A stretch of DNA of 64,000 nucleotides from Actinomycetota bacterium (GCA_040905525.1 JBBDRJ010000018.1:88769-152768), one strand, 5' to 3'; positions 47,201-57,293 are shown, numbered from the stretch's first letter. Translations and numbers: made by a program. Notes: generated by a model from the sequence alone, not told the origin.

Positions 47201-49077
47201 TAGTTTCGCATTTCGAACGCTACGCCACAGCTGGAGGGGGGACAGGTTTGACGAGAGACATCACCGCCGAGGCGAAAGAGATCGACGCCGCCGTTGACGG
47301 CAAGACGGTATGCAACATCTTCCAGGACGCCGCTAAGAAGTTCGCCGACAGCGAAGCGCTCAGGTGGAAGGACGGAGACGAATGGAAATCCATGACCTGG
47401 GCCGAGTACGGCGAAGGCGTCCGTGATTTCGCCAAAGGTCTCATAGCGCTTGGTCTCAAGTCGGGCGAGTTCGTCAACCTGATCGGTTCCAACATCCCCG
47501 AGTACGTGATCTCCGACCTCGGTGTGCTTCATGCAGGCGGCGTTCCCGTGTCGCTGTACAACACGCTCGCGCCCGAGCAGATCGAGTACATCATCAACCA
47601 CTGCGAGGCGCAGTACGTGATCTGCGAGAACCGCGATTACCTCGAACGACTCTTGAAGGTGCAAAACGAGATCCCGAACATCCGCAAGGTCATCTTGTGG
47701 CGCGACGCCGACGAGTTCGCCGACAACGACTGGATCGTTTCCTACGAAGACATCGTCTCCGAGGGCCGCAAGCAGGACGACACGGAGTACGAGAAACGCT
47801 GGAAAGCGATCGACCCCGAGGACCTGGTCACTCTTATCTACACGTCGGGAACCACCGGGCCCCCCAAGGGCGTCATGGTTTCGCACCGCAACGTGAATTG
47901 GACGGTGAATTCCTTCCTGAGGGTAATGCCGCTGCGCGCGGGCACGAAGCAGATCTCCTATCTGCCCATGGCCCACATCGCGGAGCGCATGATCGGCCAC
48001 TACGGCCCGTTGCAGATCGGGTCTGTGATCTCCTTCTGCCCCGACGCGCGTCAGGTCGCCGCTTACCTCCGCGACGTAAAGCCGACGTGGTTCTTCGCCG
48101 TGCCGCGCATCTGGGAGAAGCTCTACCAAGGCATCCAGAACGCCATCGAGGGTTCGCCCGACGATCAGAAGCAGGCGGCCCACGATGCCATCGCGGTTCG
48201 CAAGCAGATCGTCGCGTTGCAGCATGCCGGTAAGGATGTGCCGGAGGATCTGACCAAAAAGGGCGAGGAGGCCGAGCCCGTCGTCGCGTTCATCCGAGCT
48301 CTGGTTGGTCTCGACGAGGTCGACGTTGCCGGTACGGGCGCCGCACCGATCGCACCCGAGATCATCGAGTTCTTCTGGGCCCTCGGCGTCGAGCTGTACG
48401 AGGTGTACGGGCAGTCGGAGGACACGGGGCCGACTTCGTGGAACCGTCCCGGCATGATCAAGATCGGCACGGTCGGTCCGTCCATCCCCGGCGTCGAGGT
48501 GAAGCTGGCCGACGACGGCGAGCTGCTCGTGCGCGGCGGAAACGTCACGACCGGCTACTACAAGGAGCCCGAGCTCACAGCTGAGACATTCGACGAGGAG
48601 GGCTGGCTGCACTCCGGTGACGTGGCTGAGATCGACGAACGGGGCTTCATCAAGATCGTCGATCGCAAGAAGGAGATCCTCATCACCGCTGGGGGCAAGA
48701 ACATCGCGCCCTCGAACGTCGAGAACATGCTCAAGCAGCATCCTCTGATCGGTCAGGCGTGCATGATCGCGGACAAGAGACCGTATGCGACCGCACTGAT
48801 CTCGTTGGATCCCGATGATGCGGCCGCGTGGGCAAAGAAGCAGGGCAAGCCTACGGATCTGCCCTCGCTCTCACAAGACCCGGATGTCGTCGCCGACATA
48901 CAGGCCCACATCGACCAGATGAACACACGGCTTCACAACCAGGAGCAGATCAAGAAGTTCACGATCCTTCCCATGGACTGGTCGGTTGACTCCGGTGAGG
49001 TCACGCCGACGCTGAAGATGAAGCGCAAAGTTGTGAACCAGAAGTTCGAGGATGAGGTCGAGAGGATGTACGCCTAA
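47197..49077 (+). CDS. Long-chain fatty-acid-CoA ligase (AMP-binding)
   Basis: ORF 47035..49077; start ATG 47197 (ATGA overlap with the GNAT stop); YTSGTTGPPKGVMVSH, GWLHSGD, C-terminal lid. Confidence 0.85.
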   Translation: MIVSHFERYATAGGGTGLTRDITAEAKEIDAAVDGKTVCNIFQDAAKKFADSEALRWKDGDEWKSMTWAEYGEGVRDFAKGLIALGLKSGEFVNLIGSNIPEYVISDLGVLHAGGVPVSLYNTLAPEQIEYIINHCEAQYVICENRDYLERLLKVQNEIPNIRKVILWRDADEFADNDWIVSYEDIVSEGRKQDDTEYEKRWKAIDPEDLVTLIYTSGTTGPPKGVMVSHRNVNWTVNSFLRVMPLRAGTKQISYLPMAHIAERMIGHYGPLQIGSVISFCPDARQVAAYLRDVKPTWFFAVPRIWEKLYQGIQNAIEGSPDDQKQAAHDAIAVRKQIVALQHAGKDVPEDLTKKGEEAEPVVAFIRALVGLDEVDVAGTGAAPIAPEIIEFFWALGVELYEVYGQSEDTGPTSWNRPGMIKIGTVGPSIPGVEVKLADDGELLVRGGNVTTGYYKEPELTAETFDEEGWLHSGDVAEIDERGFIKIVDRKKEILITAGGKNIAPSNVENMLKQHPLIGQACMIADKRPYATALISLDPDDAAAWAKKQGKPTDLPSLSQDPDVVADIQAHIDQMNTRLHNQEQIKKFTILPMDWSVDSGEVTPTLKMKRKVVNQKFEDEVERMYA

Positions 49078-49203
49078 GCGCGCGAGCATCCAGATACCGC
49101 CCGGCCGCGCGGACGAGCGGGAGATGGGTATCGGCCGGCTCGACGGGCTCATCACGCGAGAGCTCATCGACGGGTCCGTTGGCTGGAACCGCACCGACCG
49201 CGG

Positions 49204-49428
49204 TTAGCCGAGCGAGGCCTTAAGCTTGTCGTACTCGGGGAACCAGCCGGCCTTGTGCTTGGAGTGCACCATCTTCCCGTCCACTTCGACGTCGAATATG
49301 CCGTCCGAGGCCGGAACGAGCGTCAGATCCTCGATGTCGTCCTCGTAGTCGGCGAGGAGCTTGCCCACCAGATCGAGCGCTTGTTCGGTGTAGCCGCAGT
49401 CGTAGCAGTACGTGATCTTGATGTGCAT
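49204..49428 (-). CDS. Rdx/SelW-like small redox protein
   Basis: 74 aa; N-terminal CxxC (ITYCYDCGY) in thioredoxin-like context typical of SelW/SelT/Rdx. Confidence 0.55.
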   Translation of the reverse strand: MHIKITYCYDCGYTEQALDLVGKLLADYEDDIEDLTLVPASDGIFDVEVDGKMVHSKHKAGWFPEYDKLKASLG

Positions 49429-49444
49429 GTGCTAATCACAGTAC

Positions 49445-51367
49445 ATGGCCGACTATGTCTGGCAGCCCTCCGACGAGGTGATCGATCGAGCCAACGTCAC
49501 GCGGCTGGCGAGAAGCCACGGACTGACTGGATACTCCGAGCTCCTCCATCGATCGCGCGAAGAGATCGAGTGGTTCTGGGACGCAGTCGTCTCCGATCTG
49601 AACATCGAATTCAGGGTTCCGTACGGCCCGGTCCTCGACGTGTCTCGCGGTGTGCAGTGGCCGGAGTGGTTCGTCGGCGGAGGGATCAACATCGCAGAGA
49701 GCTGCGTCGACCGATGGCGCTCCAGCGGACGCGAAGCGATCGTCTGGGAAGGTGAAGAGGGAGCAACCCGGCGGCTGACCTACGACGAGCTGGGTGCCGA
49801 GGTGGCCCGCGTCGGTACCGGACTGCGTTCCCTCGGTGTGTCCAACGGCGATGCCGTCGGCTTGTTCCTGCCGATGGTCCCCGAGGCCGTCGTGACGTTC
49901 CTGGCGTGCTGCCGCATCGGAGCCGTCGTGGTGCCGATCTTCTCCGGGTTCGCGGCGTCGGCTGTGGCTGTGCGCCTAAACGACGCGCGCGCGAAGGTCC
50001 TTGTGTGCGCCGACGGATTCTTCCGTCGGGGTGTCCTCGTGGCGATGAAGGAAACGGCCGACGACGCGGCCGCGCAATGTGCATCCGTCGATCACGTGGT
50101 GGTCGTGCCACGGACGGGTCGAAGCGTGACGATGAGCGATCGGGACATCGGTTGGGGCGAGCTGTTTTCGTCGTCGGAAACGCCGATGGCGGACACCGGT
50201 TCCGAGGACCCGTTCATGATCGCCTACACCTCGGGGACCACGGGCAAGCCGAAAGGCTCCGTGCATGTTCACGGCGGATTCCTCGTGAAGATCGCAAGCG
50301 AGGTCGCGTACCAGACCGACTACCAACCCGGCGAGCTTCTCTTTTGGTTCACCGACCCCGGCTGGATCATGGGTCCGTGGGAGATCATCGGCACCCTCGC
50401 ACTCGGCGGAACGATCTTCCTCTACGACGGAACCCCCGACCACCCGGCCCCCGATCGACTGTGGGCCATGGTCGAACGCCACGGCATCAACATCCTCGGC
50501 GTGTCGCCGACGCTCGTACGAGCCCTGGCTCCCCTCGGCGACGAGCACGTCGCCTCGCACGATCTGTCGACGCTGCGCATACTCGGCTCGACGGGAGAGC
50601 CGTGGAACACCGAGCCGTACCTGTGGTTCCACAACGTCGTCGGTGGTGGGCGCTGCCCGATCGTCAACTTCTCCGGGGGAACCGAGGTCGGCGCGTGCTT
50701 CCTGTCGCCAACTCCGGTGACACCGCTCAAGGCGTGCTCGCTCGGGGGCCCGGCCCTCGGCATGGCCGTCGACGTTTTCGACGCCGACGGCAAGCAGGTG
50801 CGCGGAGGCGTCGGCGAGCTGGTGTGCACCAAGCCGTGGCCCGGCATGACGCGCGGGATATGGGGCGATCCCGACCGCTACATCTCGACGTACTGGTCAC
50901 GCTGGCCGGATGTCTGGGTTCACGGGGACTGGGCCTCGATCGACGACGACGGCGAGTGGTACCTGCACGGCCGTTCCGACGACACGCTCAACGTTGCCGG
51001 TAAACGCGTAGGTCCGGCTGAGATCGAATCGGTGCTCGTATCGCACGCCGCCGTCGTCGAAGCCGCCGTGATCGGTGTTCCGCACGATGTCAAGGGCGAA
51101 GAGATCTGGTGCTACGTGGTCGTCGGGGCCCGTGTGGATGCGGACGAAGCTCTTCGGGACGACCTGTCCAAGCTCGTGGAGCGCGATGTGGGCAAAGCCT
51201 TCCGCCCCGGCGCCGTCCGTTTCGTGACGCAGCTTCCGAAAACGCGTAACGCGAAGGTCCTCCGCCGCGCCGTCCGGGCCGCGGCCCTCGGCGCAGACCC
51301 CGGAGATCTTTCGAGCCTGGAGAATCCGTCCGCTCTGGAAGAGATCGCCGCCGTGGGTAAACAGTAA
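49445..51367 (+). CDS. AMP-forming acyl-CoA synthetase (acetyl/acetoacetyl-CoA synthetase-like)
   Basis: 640 aa; YTSGTTGKPKGSVH, WFTDPGWIMG, C-terminal PKTRNAKVLRR. Confidence 0.8.
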   Translation: MADYVWQPSDEVIDRANVTRLARSHGLTGYSELLHRSREEIEWFWDAVVSDLNIEFRVPYGPVLDVSRGVQWPEWFVGGGINIAESCVDRWRSSGREAIVWEGEEGATRRLTYDELGAEVARVGTGLRSLGVSNGDAVGLFLPMVPEAVVTFLACCRIGAVVVPIFSGFAASAVAVRLNDARAKVLVCADGFFRRGVLVAMKETADDAAAQCASVDHVVVVPRTGRSVTMSDRDIGWGELFSSSETPMADTGSEDPFMIAYTSGTTGKPKGSVHVHGGFLVKIASEVAYQTDYQPGELLFWFTDPGWIMGPWEIIGTLALGGTIFLYDGTPDHPAPDRLWAMVERHGINILGVSPTLVRALAPLGDEHVASHDLSTLRILGSTGEPWNTEPYLWFHNVVGGGRCPIVNFSGGTEVGACFLSPTPVTPLKACSLGGPALGMAVDVFDADGKQVRGGVGELVCTKPWPGMTRGIWGDPDRYISTYWSRWPDVWVHGDWASIDDDGEWYLHGRSDDTLNVAGKRVGPAEIESVLVSHAAVVEAAVIGVPHDVKGEEIWCYVVVGARVDADEALRDDLSKLVERDVGKAFRPGAVRFVTQLPKTRNAKVLRRAVRAAALGADPGDLSSLENPSALEEIAAVGKQ

Positions 51368-51370
51368 GTC

Positions 51371-52258
51371 ATGGATGTCCGCATCACGCATCCCGACAAG
51401 GTCCTGTTTCCACGGGACGGCTATACCAAGGCCGACGTCGTCGGCTACTACGTTGAGGTCTCCGACGCGATGCTGCCGTTCATGCGTAACCATCCGCTGG
51501 CCATGCTCCGGTTCAACGACGGCATCGACCGCGAAAGGTTCTTCCACAAGCGCACGCCGAAGTACTTTCCGTCTTACATCGACCGCGTGCAGATAACGAT
51601 CGGCGACGAGAAGGTGAACTACTCGGTCTGCAACAACCTCGAGGCGCTGGCCTACATCGCAAACCACAACTCCATCGAGCTCCATCTACTGACCGTCCGT
51701 GCCGACGACCTGGAGCACCCCGACAGGATGGTCTTCGACCTGGACCCGTCTATCGATGACTTCGAGATGGTGCGCGAAGCGACGCGCTGGTTGCACGAGC
51801 TTCTCGATGAGGTGGGCCTGCCCGCTTTCCTCATGACGAGCGGATCGCGCGGGCTGCACACCTGGGTCCCCCTGGACCGCAAGTCCGACACCGAGGAGGT
51901 CCACTCCTTCGCCGGCGAAGTCGCGAGAGTTCTCGTCGATCGCCATCCGGAAGTCCTCACCACCGAGTTCGCCAAGGCCGATCGCGGATCGAGGATCTAT
52001 TTCGACGTCGCGCGCAACGCGCCGGGGCAGCACGCGGTCGCTCCGTACTCCCTGCGGGCGAAAGACGGCGCTCCGGTCGCCACTCCGATCACGTGGGACG
52101 AGCTGGACGATCCCAAGCTCACCCCGCAGCGCTGGACTATGAAGACGGTGACCGGGCGCATCGGCGACGATCCCTGGGCGGGCATGGCCAAGAAGGCTCG
52201 ATCACTCAGCCGCGCTCGCAAAGCGCTCGACCGCTTGGCACGGCGGGGCTCTGTCTGA
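51371..52258 (+). CDS. Non-homologous end-joining DNA polymerase domain (LigD Pol/PrimPol-like, standalone)
   Basis: 295 aa; primase-polymerase motifs (MVFDLDP, SGSRGLHTWVPL); no fused ligase or nuclease domain. Confidence 0.75.
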   Translation: MDVRITHPDKVLFPRDGYTKADVVGYYVEVSDAMLPFMRNHPLAMLRFNDGIDRERFFHKRTPKYFPSYIDRVQITIGDEKVNYSVCNNLEALAYIANHNSIELHLLTVRADDLEHPDRMVFDLDPSIDDFEMVREATRWLHELLDEVGLPAFLMTSGSRGLHTWVPLDRKSDTEEVHSFAGEVARVLVDRHPEVLTTEFAKADRGSRIYFDVARNAPGQHAVAPYSLRAKDGAPVATPITWDELDDPKLTPQRWTMKTVTGRIGDDPWAGMAKKARSLSRARKALDRLARRGSV

Positions 52259-52324
52259 GTATCGTTCGGTTCCCATACGACACGTTCAGGATCCGCCGAA
52301 GGCGGCCCCTGCGATTGGAGGAAC

Positions 52325-53173
52325 ATGAGCCCTGCGCTTTCGTCCGACCTCGTCGGCCTCAAAGGAGACCCGGTTCCCTACTCGTGGGACTCCAAGGACG
52401 TCATGCTCTACAACTTCGGGATCGGCGCTCGTCCCTACGACGACCTCGATTTCCTGTTCGAGGGCAAGGGCCCCAAGGCCATCCCGACCTTCGCCGTCAT
52501 CGGCGGAATGGCGGGTATGGGCGTCATGGGACAGATCGAGGGCATCAACCCGATGCTCATCCTCCACGGTTCGGAATCGATCACGCTCCACCGCGAGCTC
52601 CCGCCCGACGCCAAGGTCACGCTCGAAGGCGAGATCACAGAGATCTGGGACAAGGGTCAGGCCGCCGTCATCGGCATCGAGACAACCGCCAAGGACGACA
52701 AGGGTCCGCTGTTCACGGCCAAAGCGAGCATCTTCGCCCGCGGCGCTGGCGGGTTCGGCGGTGAGCGCGGTCCGTCGGCCAAAGGATTCAACGAGCCGCC
52801 GGAACGAGAGCCCGATCACGTCATCTCCGACGAGACGCGGTTCGAACAAGCGGCGATCTACCGTCTGTCCGGGGATCGCAACCCTCTGCACATCGACCCG
52901 GAGTTCGCGAAGGTCGGCGGCTTCGATACACCGATCCTGCACGGCCTGTGCACGTACGGCTTCGTGGGGCGCGCGATCCTCAAGGCTGTGTGCGGAAACG
53001 ATCCGGCGAACTTCAAGTCGTTCGACGCGCGGTTCGCCGACGTCGTCTACCCGGGCGACACGATCACCACCAAGCTATGGGTGGACGGCCCAGAGGGAAA
53101 AAGTGCGATCGTCCAGGCAGAGACGCAAAGGGGCAACGTCGTCATCGCGAACGCGAAGGCGACTTTTGCGTGA
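52325..53173 (+). CDS. MaoC-like (R)-specific enoyl-CoA hydratase / dehydratase (double hot-dog)
   Basis: 282 aa; hot-dog fold signature YRLSGDRNPLHIDPEFAK...GFDTPILHGLCTYG. Confidence 0.8.
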   Translation: MSPALSSDLVGLKGDPVPYSWDSKDVMLYNFGIGARPYDDLDFLFEGKGPKAIPTFAVIGGMAGMGVMGQIEGINPMLILHGSESITLHRELPPDAKVTLEGEITEIWDKGQAAVIGIETTAKDDKGPLFTAKASIFARGAGGFGGERGPSAKGFNEPPEREPDHVISDETRFEQAAIYRLSGDRNPLHIDPEFAKVGGFDTPILHGLCTYGFVGRAILKAVCGNDPANFKSFDARFADVVYPGDTITTKLWVDGPEGKSAIVQAETQRGNVVIANAKATFA

Positions 53174-53180
53174 GAAGCGT

Positions 53181-54140
53181 CTAGAGCTCGATCCCCAGCA
53201 TCGAGCCCAACGCCCGGCCGATCCCGAACGAGATCGCGGCCACGCCAGCGCCGAGTGCCAGCATGACGCCGAAGCGACGGCGGAACGACACGCCCTGCAT
53301 CACTGACGAGTAGTACGAGAAGGCCGCGATGATCAACACTGCGGCCGCCCACGAGATGAACAGCGCGGTGTGACGGTCGGACAGGAAGAAGAACGGCGCC
53401 ACGAGTCCTAAGACGACGAAGATGTAGGTCACGCCGGTGTAGGCGGCGGCCTTACTCGGTCTCAGGGCCGTCGCCTCGCCGATGTCGACGGACAGGAAGT
53501 TGGACGCCGCCATCGACATCGACGCAGCGATCCCGACTACCAGGCTGGCGAAGCCGATCAGCTTCGGGTCGGAGATCGACGAAACCAGGCCCGTCAGGCC
53601 CCCCGTGAGCTCGACCAGTGCGTCGTTCAGTCCAAGCACGGCGGCGCCGAGATAGGCGCGCCGTTCGTCCTTCACTCCCTGCTCGAGCGCCTGCTCGTGC
53701 TCCTCCTCCTCGCGAAGCATCCGCGCGACACCCTCGCGCTGATCGGGTTCGAGCGAGTCTTCCTCGAGCAACTGCCGGTAGGTCGCGATGGCTTTGTCCT
53801 CGCCGCGCTCGAGCCAGCGGATCGTGAAAGCCGGGCCCAGCAGTCTGCTCGACGCGACGAGCAGCAGATGTTTGAGGCGTGATGCACGCAAGCGTTCTTC
53901 GGGGATCTGGCAGACGTTCAGCCAGAACCTTACGTGTCCGTCCTCCTGTTCGGCGAGCTGGTTGAGCATGGAGCGGCTCTTGGGATCGGGTGCTCGCTCC
54001 GCGAGGGCCCGATAGATGCGGCACGCGAAAAGTTCCTCGGTTGCCTGCTGCCGAGCCACGTGCTGCAGATCGCTCGCCACGATTGCAAGTCTCTCATGCG
54101 CGCCGAATGTGCCACATATGTGATAGACGCTTGTACACAT
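53181..54140 (-). CDS. Ferritin-like domain / VIT1-CCC1 family iron transporter fusion (MbfA-like)
   Basis: ORF 53181..54191 (start uncertain, set to internal Met); N-terminal ferritin-like helices with E...E..H motifs, C-terminal VIT1-like TM domain. Confidence 0.65.
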   Translation of the reverse strand: MCTSVYHICGTFGAHERLAIVASDLQHVARQQATEELFACRIYRALAERAPDPKSRSMLNQLAEQEDGHVRFWLNVCQIPEERLRASRLKHLLLVASSRLLGPAFTIRWLERGEDKAIATYRQLLEEDSLEPDQREGVARMLREEEEHEQALEQGVKDERRAYLGAAVLGLNDALVELTGGLTGLVSSISDPKLIGFASLVVGIAASMSMAASNFLSVDIGEATALRPSKAAAYTGVTYIFVVLGLVAPFFFLSDRHTALFISWAAAVLIIAAFSYYSSVMQGVSFRRRFGVMLALGAGVAAISFGIGRALGSMLGIEL

Positions 54141-54993
54141 GAACACCGATCTACTTCTGAAGGACGCCGAGGCGACGCTGGTCGCCGTCAACGAACGGTT
54201 CGGCTGGCAAGGCGACGAGGACGATCAGGCGTGGGACATCCTCACCCACGTTTTGCGACGCCAACCCGATCCCGACGAGGACCTGCCACTCGACGTCGCT
54301 TATCGATTCGACGAGCTCGTGAAGAGGCGGGCGACGGGGGAGCCGCTCGCGTTCATCCTCGGCTGGGTCGAGTTCCTCGACTTCAAGATGGCGATCGAAC
54401 CCGGGGCGTTCATCCCTCGGCTGACCAGCGAGTTCCTCGCCAAGCAGGCGATCCGCCGGCTGCGAAAAAGAGCGAAGCCGATCCACATCGACCTGGCCTG
54501 CGGGATCGGACCCGTGGCCATCGGCTCGGCTCGGGCCGTTCCCAAGGCGAAGGTTTTCGGGGTCGACATCTCCAAGAAGGCGGTCAGGCAGGCTCAGGCC
54601 AATGCGACGAAGCTCGGTGCCGGCAACGCGACGTTCCTAAAGGGCGACATGTTCTCGCCGCTGCCCGAAGAGCTGCGCGGCAAGGTCGACGTCATATCCA
54701 TCCACCCTCCTTACGTACCCAAGGCTGAGGTGGCCGACCTGCCGGAAGAGATCAAGGAGTACGAGCCCGCGCACACCCTCACCGACGCATCGTTGGACGG
54801 ACTGGGGCTGACGCGCCGGGTGATCTCGGAGGGCCGGGAGTGGCTGGGGCCCAAGGGCTGGGTGCTCATCGAGATCGTCCCGACGGAGTCCATCCTGGTT
54901 CGCAGGATGTTCCGCGAGCACGGCTACTTGGAGGTGCGCAGCACACATGGTGAGCTCAAGCTGACGCGGGTCATCTGCGGACGGATGCCATAG
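54139..54993 (+). CDS. Class I SAM-dependent methyltransferase, HemK/PrmC-like
   Basis: 284 aa; SAM motif DLACGIGPVAI, HPPY (NPPY-like) motif IHPPYVP. Confidence 0.6.
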   Translation: MNTDLLLKDAEATLVAVNERFGWQGDEDDQAWDILTHVLRRQPDPDEDLPLDVAYRFDELVKRRATGEPLAFILGWVEFLDFKMAIEPGAFIPRLTSEFLAKQAIRRLRKRAKPIHIDLACGIGPVAIGSARAVPKAKVFGVDISKKAVRQAQANATKLGAGNATFLKGDMFSPLPEELRGKVDVISIHPPYVPKAEVADLPEEIKEYEPAHTLTDASLDGLGLTRRVISEGREWLGPKGWVLIEIVPTESILVRRMFREHGYLEVRSTHGELKLTRVICGRMP

Positions 54994-55019
54994 CCGAAGA
55001 CCTTCGCGCCGACGCAGTC

Positions 55020-56519
55020 GTGGTCGGCGCTGGACACAACTCGCTTGTTGCAGCCGCCTACCTCGCCAGGGCTGGCCTGAATGTTGTCGTCTGCGAGCGT
55101 CGCGACGTTCCCGGCGGTGCAACGGTCACCGAGGAGATCGCTCCGGGCTTTCGTGCATCGACGGCGAGCTACGCACTGTCGCTGCTTCGACCCGACGTCT
55201 ATGCCGACCTCGATCTCGCGCGTCACGGGCTGAAAGCCGTCCCGAAAGATCCGCAGATGTTCGTGCCTCTTCCGGACGGCCGTTCGTTCTTCGTGTGGCG
55301 CGACCTCGAGCGCACGATCGCCGAGCTCGAGCGCATCCATCCCGGCGACGGCGAGGCCTACCGTTTTTGGTCTGCTTTTTGGGAGGACGTTGTGCGCATC
55401 ATGCGGCCCGTTCTCGATTCGGCCGATCCGGTCGACATCGAGCGGTATCTCGGCTCCCTGGGCAAGCCCGATATCTACAGGTGGTGTGTCCGCGGCAGCG
55501 CATCCGACATCGTCGAGCGGTTCTTCTCGGCCCCGGAGGTGCAAGGTGCGTTCGCATCTCAAGGCATCGTCGGTACGTGGGCGAGCGTTAGGGATCCGGG
55601 AACGGCGTGGGTGATGACAAAGCACGCGCTCGGCGGCGATATCTACGGCTCGTCCGGCACATGGGGGTTCGCGATCGGCGGCATGGGAGCGGTGAGTGGA
55701 GCGATCGCGTCGGCCGCACACGAGGCCGGAGCCGACATCCGTTGCGATGCGAGCGTCACAGACATCCTCGTCGACGGGGGTCGAGCGGCCGGTGTTCGTC
55801 TGAGCGACGGGACCGTCGTTCGAGCCACCGCGGTGCTCTCGGGTGCCGATCCAAAGGCCACGTTCTTGCGCTTGTGTCCGTCCGGCTCACTCGACCCCGA
55901 CTTCGGCGAGCGCGTCTCTTCCTGGCGGACGCCGGGGTGCGTGCTGAAAGTGAATCTGGCTCTCAGCGAGCTCCCCGATTTCATAGCGGCACCGGGAGCA
56001 GGACCCCAGCACCACGGGACGGTGGAGATCTCACCGTCGCTCGACTACCTCCACGACGCGCACGATGACGCCCTCAACGGCCGTCCGTCGGCCAGGCCGT
56101 GGATGGAGGTGTTCGTTGCCTCGGCCGTCGACCCGACCCTCGTGGACGGCGACGGCCACGTCGTTTCAGCTTTCACGCAATACGTTCCGCCGGTTGCCGA
56201 CGATTGGGTCGCCATGCGTGAGAAGGCGGTGGGCAATGTGATCGACACGCTCGCGTCGTATGCGCCGAATGTGCCGGGAGCGATCGTCGCGTGCGAAGCG
56301 CTCGGCCCCCCCGAGCTGGAGGCGCGATTCGGCCTGGCGGGCGGCAACATCTTCCACGGCGAGATCCTGCCGGAGCAGTCGTTCGACAAGCGCTTCGATT
56401 ACCGCACACCGGTTGACGGCCTCTACCTTTGTGGCTCCGGTGCGCGGCCCGGTGGTTGCGTCACCGGAGCGGCGGGTCGCAACGCCGCGCGAACGGTGCT
56501 AGCCGACTTGGGGAGGTAA
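55020..56519 (+). CDS. FAD-dependent oxidoreductase, phytoene desaturase (CrtI) family
   Basis: 499 aa from GTG; dinucleotide-binding GAGHNSLVAAAYLARAG; conserved N-terminal strand appears to continue upstream without a canonical start (see findings). Confidence 0.7.
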   Translation: MVGAGHNSLVAAAYLARAGLNVVVCERRDVPGGATVTEEIAPGFRASTASYALSLLRPDVYADLDLARHGLKAVPKDPQMFVPLPDGRSFFVWRDLERTIAELERIHPGDGEAYRFWSAFWEDVVRIMRPVLDSADPVDIERYLGSLGKPDIYRWCVRGSASDIVERFFSAPEVQGAFASQGIVGTWASVRDPGTAWVMTKHALGGDIYGSSGTWGFAIGGMGAVSGAIASAAHEAGADIRCDASVTDILVDGGRAAGVRLSDGTVVRATAVLSGADPKATFLRLCPSGSLDPDFGERVSSWRTPGCVLKVNLALSELPDFIAAPGAGPQHHGTVEISPSLDYLHDAHDDALNGRPSARPWMEVFVASAVDPTLVDGDGHVVSAFTQYVPPVADDWVAMREKAVGNVIDTLASYAPNVPGAIVACEALGPPELEARFGLAGGNIFHGEILPEQSFDKRFDYRTPVDGLYLCGSGARPGGCVTGAAGRNAARTVLADLGR

Positions 56520-56522
56520 GGC

Positions 56523-57293
56523 ATGTGCTACGAGACGACGGCGCGACCGCCGGCCCCGCCCATCCAGGGTGGTGCGGCGACGGGGGAGTCGATAACGCTT
56601 AAAGCCTCGGACGGAAACGAGTTCGCCGCCTTCAGCGCGAAGGCGGCCGATGCGGGCGGCCCGGGGATTGTCGTGCTTCCCGACGTCCGCGGCTTGCACG
56701 CTTTCTACGAGGATCTTGCGCTTAGATTCGCCGAGCAGGGAGTGCATGCCGCGGCGTTCGACTACTTCGGACGAACGGCGGGCGTTGGGCGCCGATCCGA
56801 CGATTTCGATTTCTGGCCCGAGGTCATGAAGACCAAGCCGGACACCGTTGCCCTTGACGTGGCCGCATCGGTCGATCACCTGCGGTCCCCAGCCGGCGGC
56901 GGCGCCACGTCGATCTTCACCGTCGGCTTCTGCTTCGGCGGCGGGAACTCCTTCAATCAAGCCGCGCGCGGGCACGGGCTGTCGGGAGTTGTCGGCTTCT
57001 ACGGACGCGTAGTGCCGCGTGACGAGAGCGACTCGGACGCACCCATCGACAAGGCAGAGCGTTTCGAGTGCCCGGTGCTCGGGCTATTCGGCGGCACCGA
57101 CCAGATGATCACAGCGGACGGCATCGAAGCCTTCGGCAAAGCTCTGGACGCCGCCGGTGTGGCCAAGGAGCTCAAGATCTACGACGGAGCGCCGCACTCG
57201 TTCTTCGACCGCGCCTTCGATCAGTTCAAAGCCGAATGCGACGACGCGTGGACGCGGATCCTGGGGTTCATAGAAGCCAACAGCAGCCGTTAG
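56523..57293 (+). CDS. Dienelactone hydrolase family protein
   Basis: 256 aa; alpha/beta fold with nucleophile region GFCFGG. Confidence 0.75.
   Translation: MCYETTARPPAPPIQGGAATGESITLKASDGNEFAAFSAKAADAGGPGIVVLPDVRGLHAFYEDLALRFAEQGVHAAAFDYFGRTAGVGRRSDDFDFWPEVMKTKPDTVALDVAASVDHLRSPAGGGATSIFTVGFCFGGGNSFNQAARGHGLSGVVGFYGRVVPRDESDSDAPIDKAERFECPVLGLFGGTDQMITADGIEAFGKALDAAGVAKELKIYDGAPHSFFDRAFDQFKAECDDAWTRILGFIEANSSR

Noticed and set aside
47110-48741. 543-aa minus-strand ORF
   Set aside because: Antisense to the long-chain acyl-CoA synthetase gene, which has clear AMP-binding motifs; no recognisable domain.
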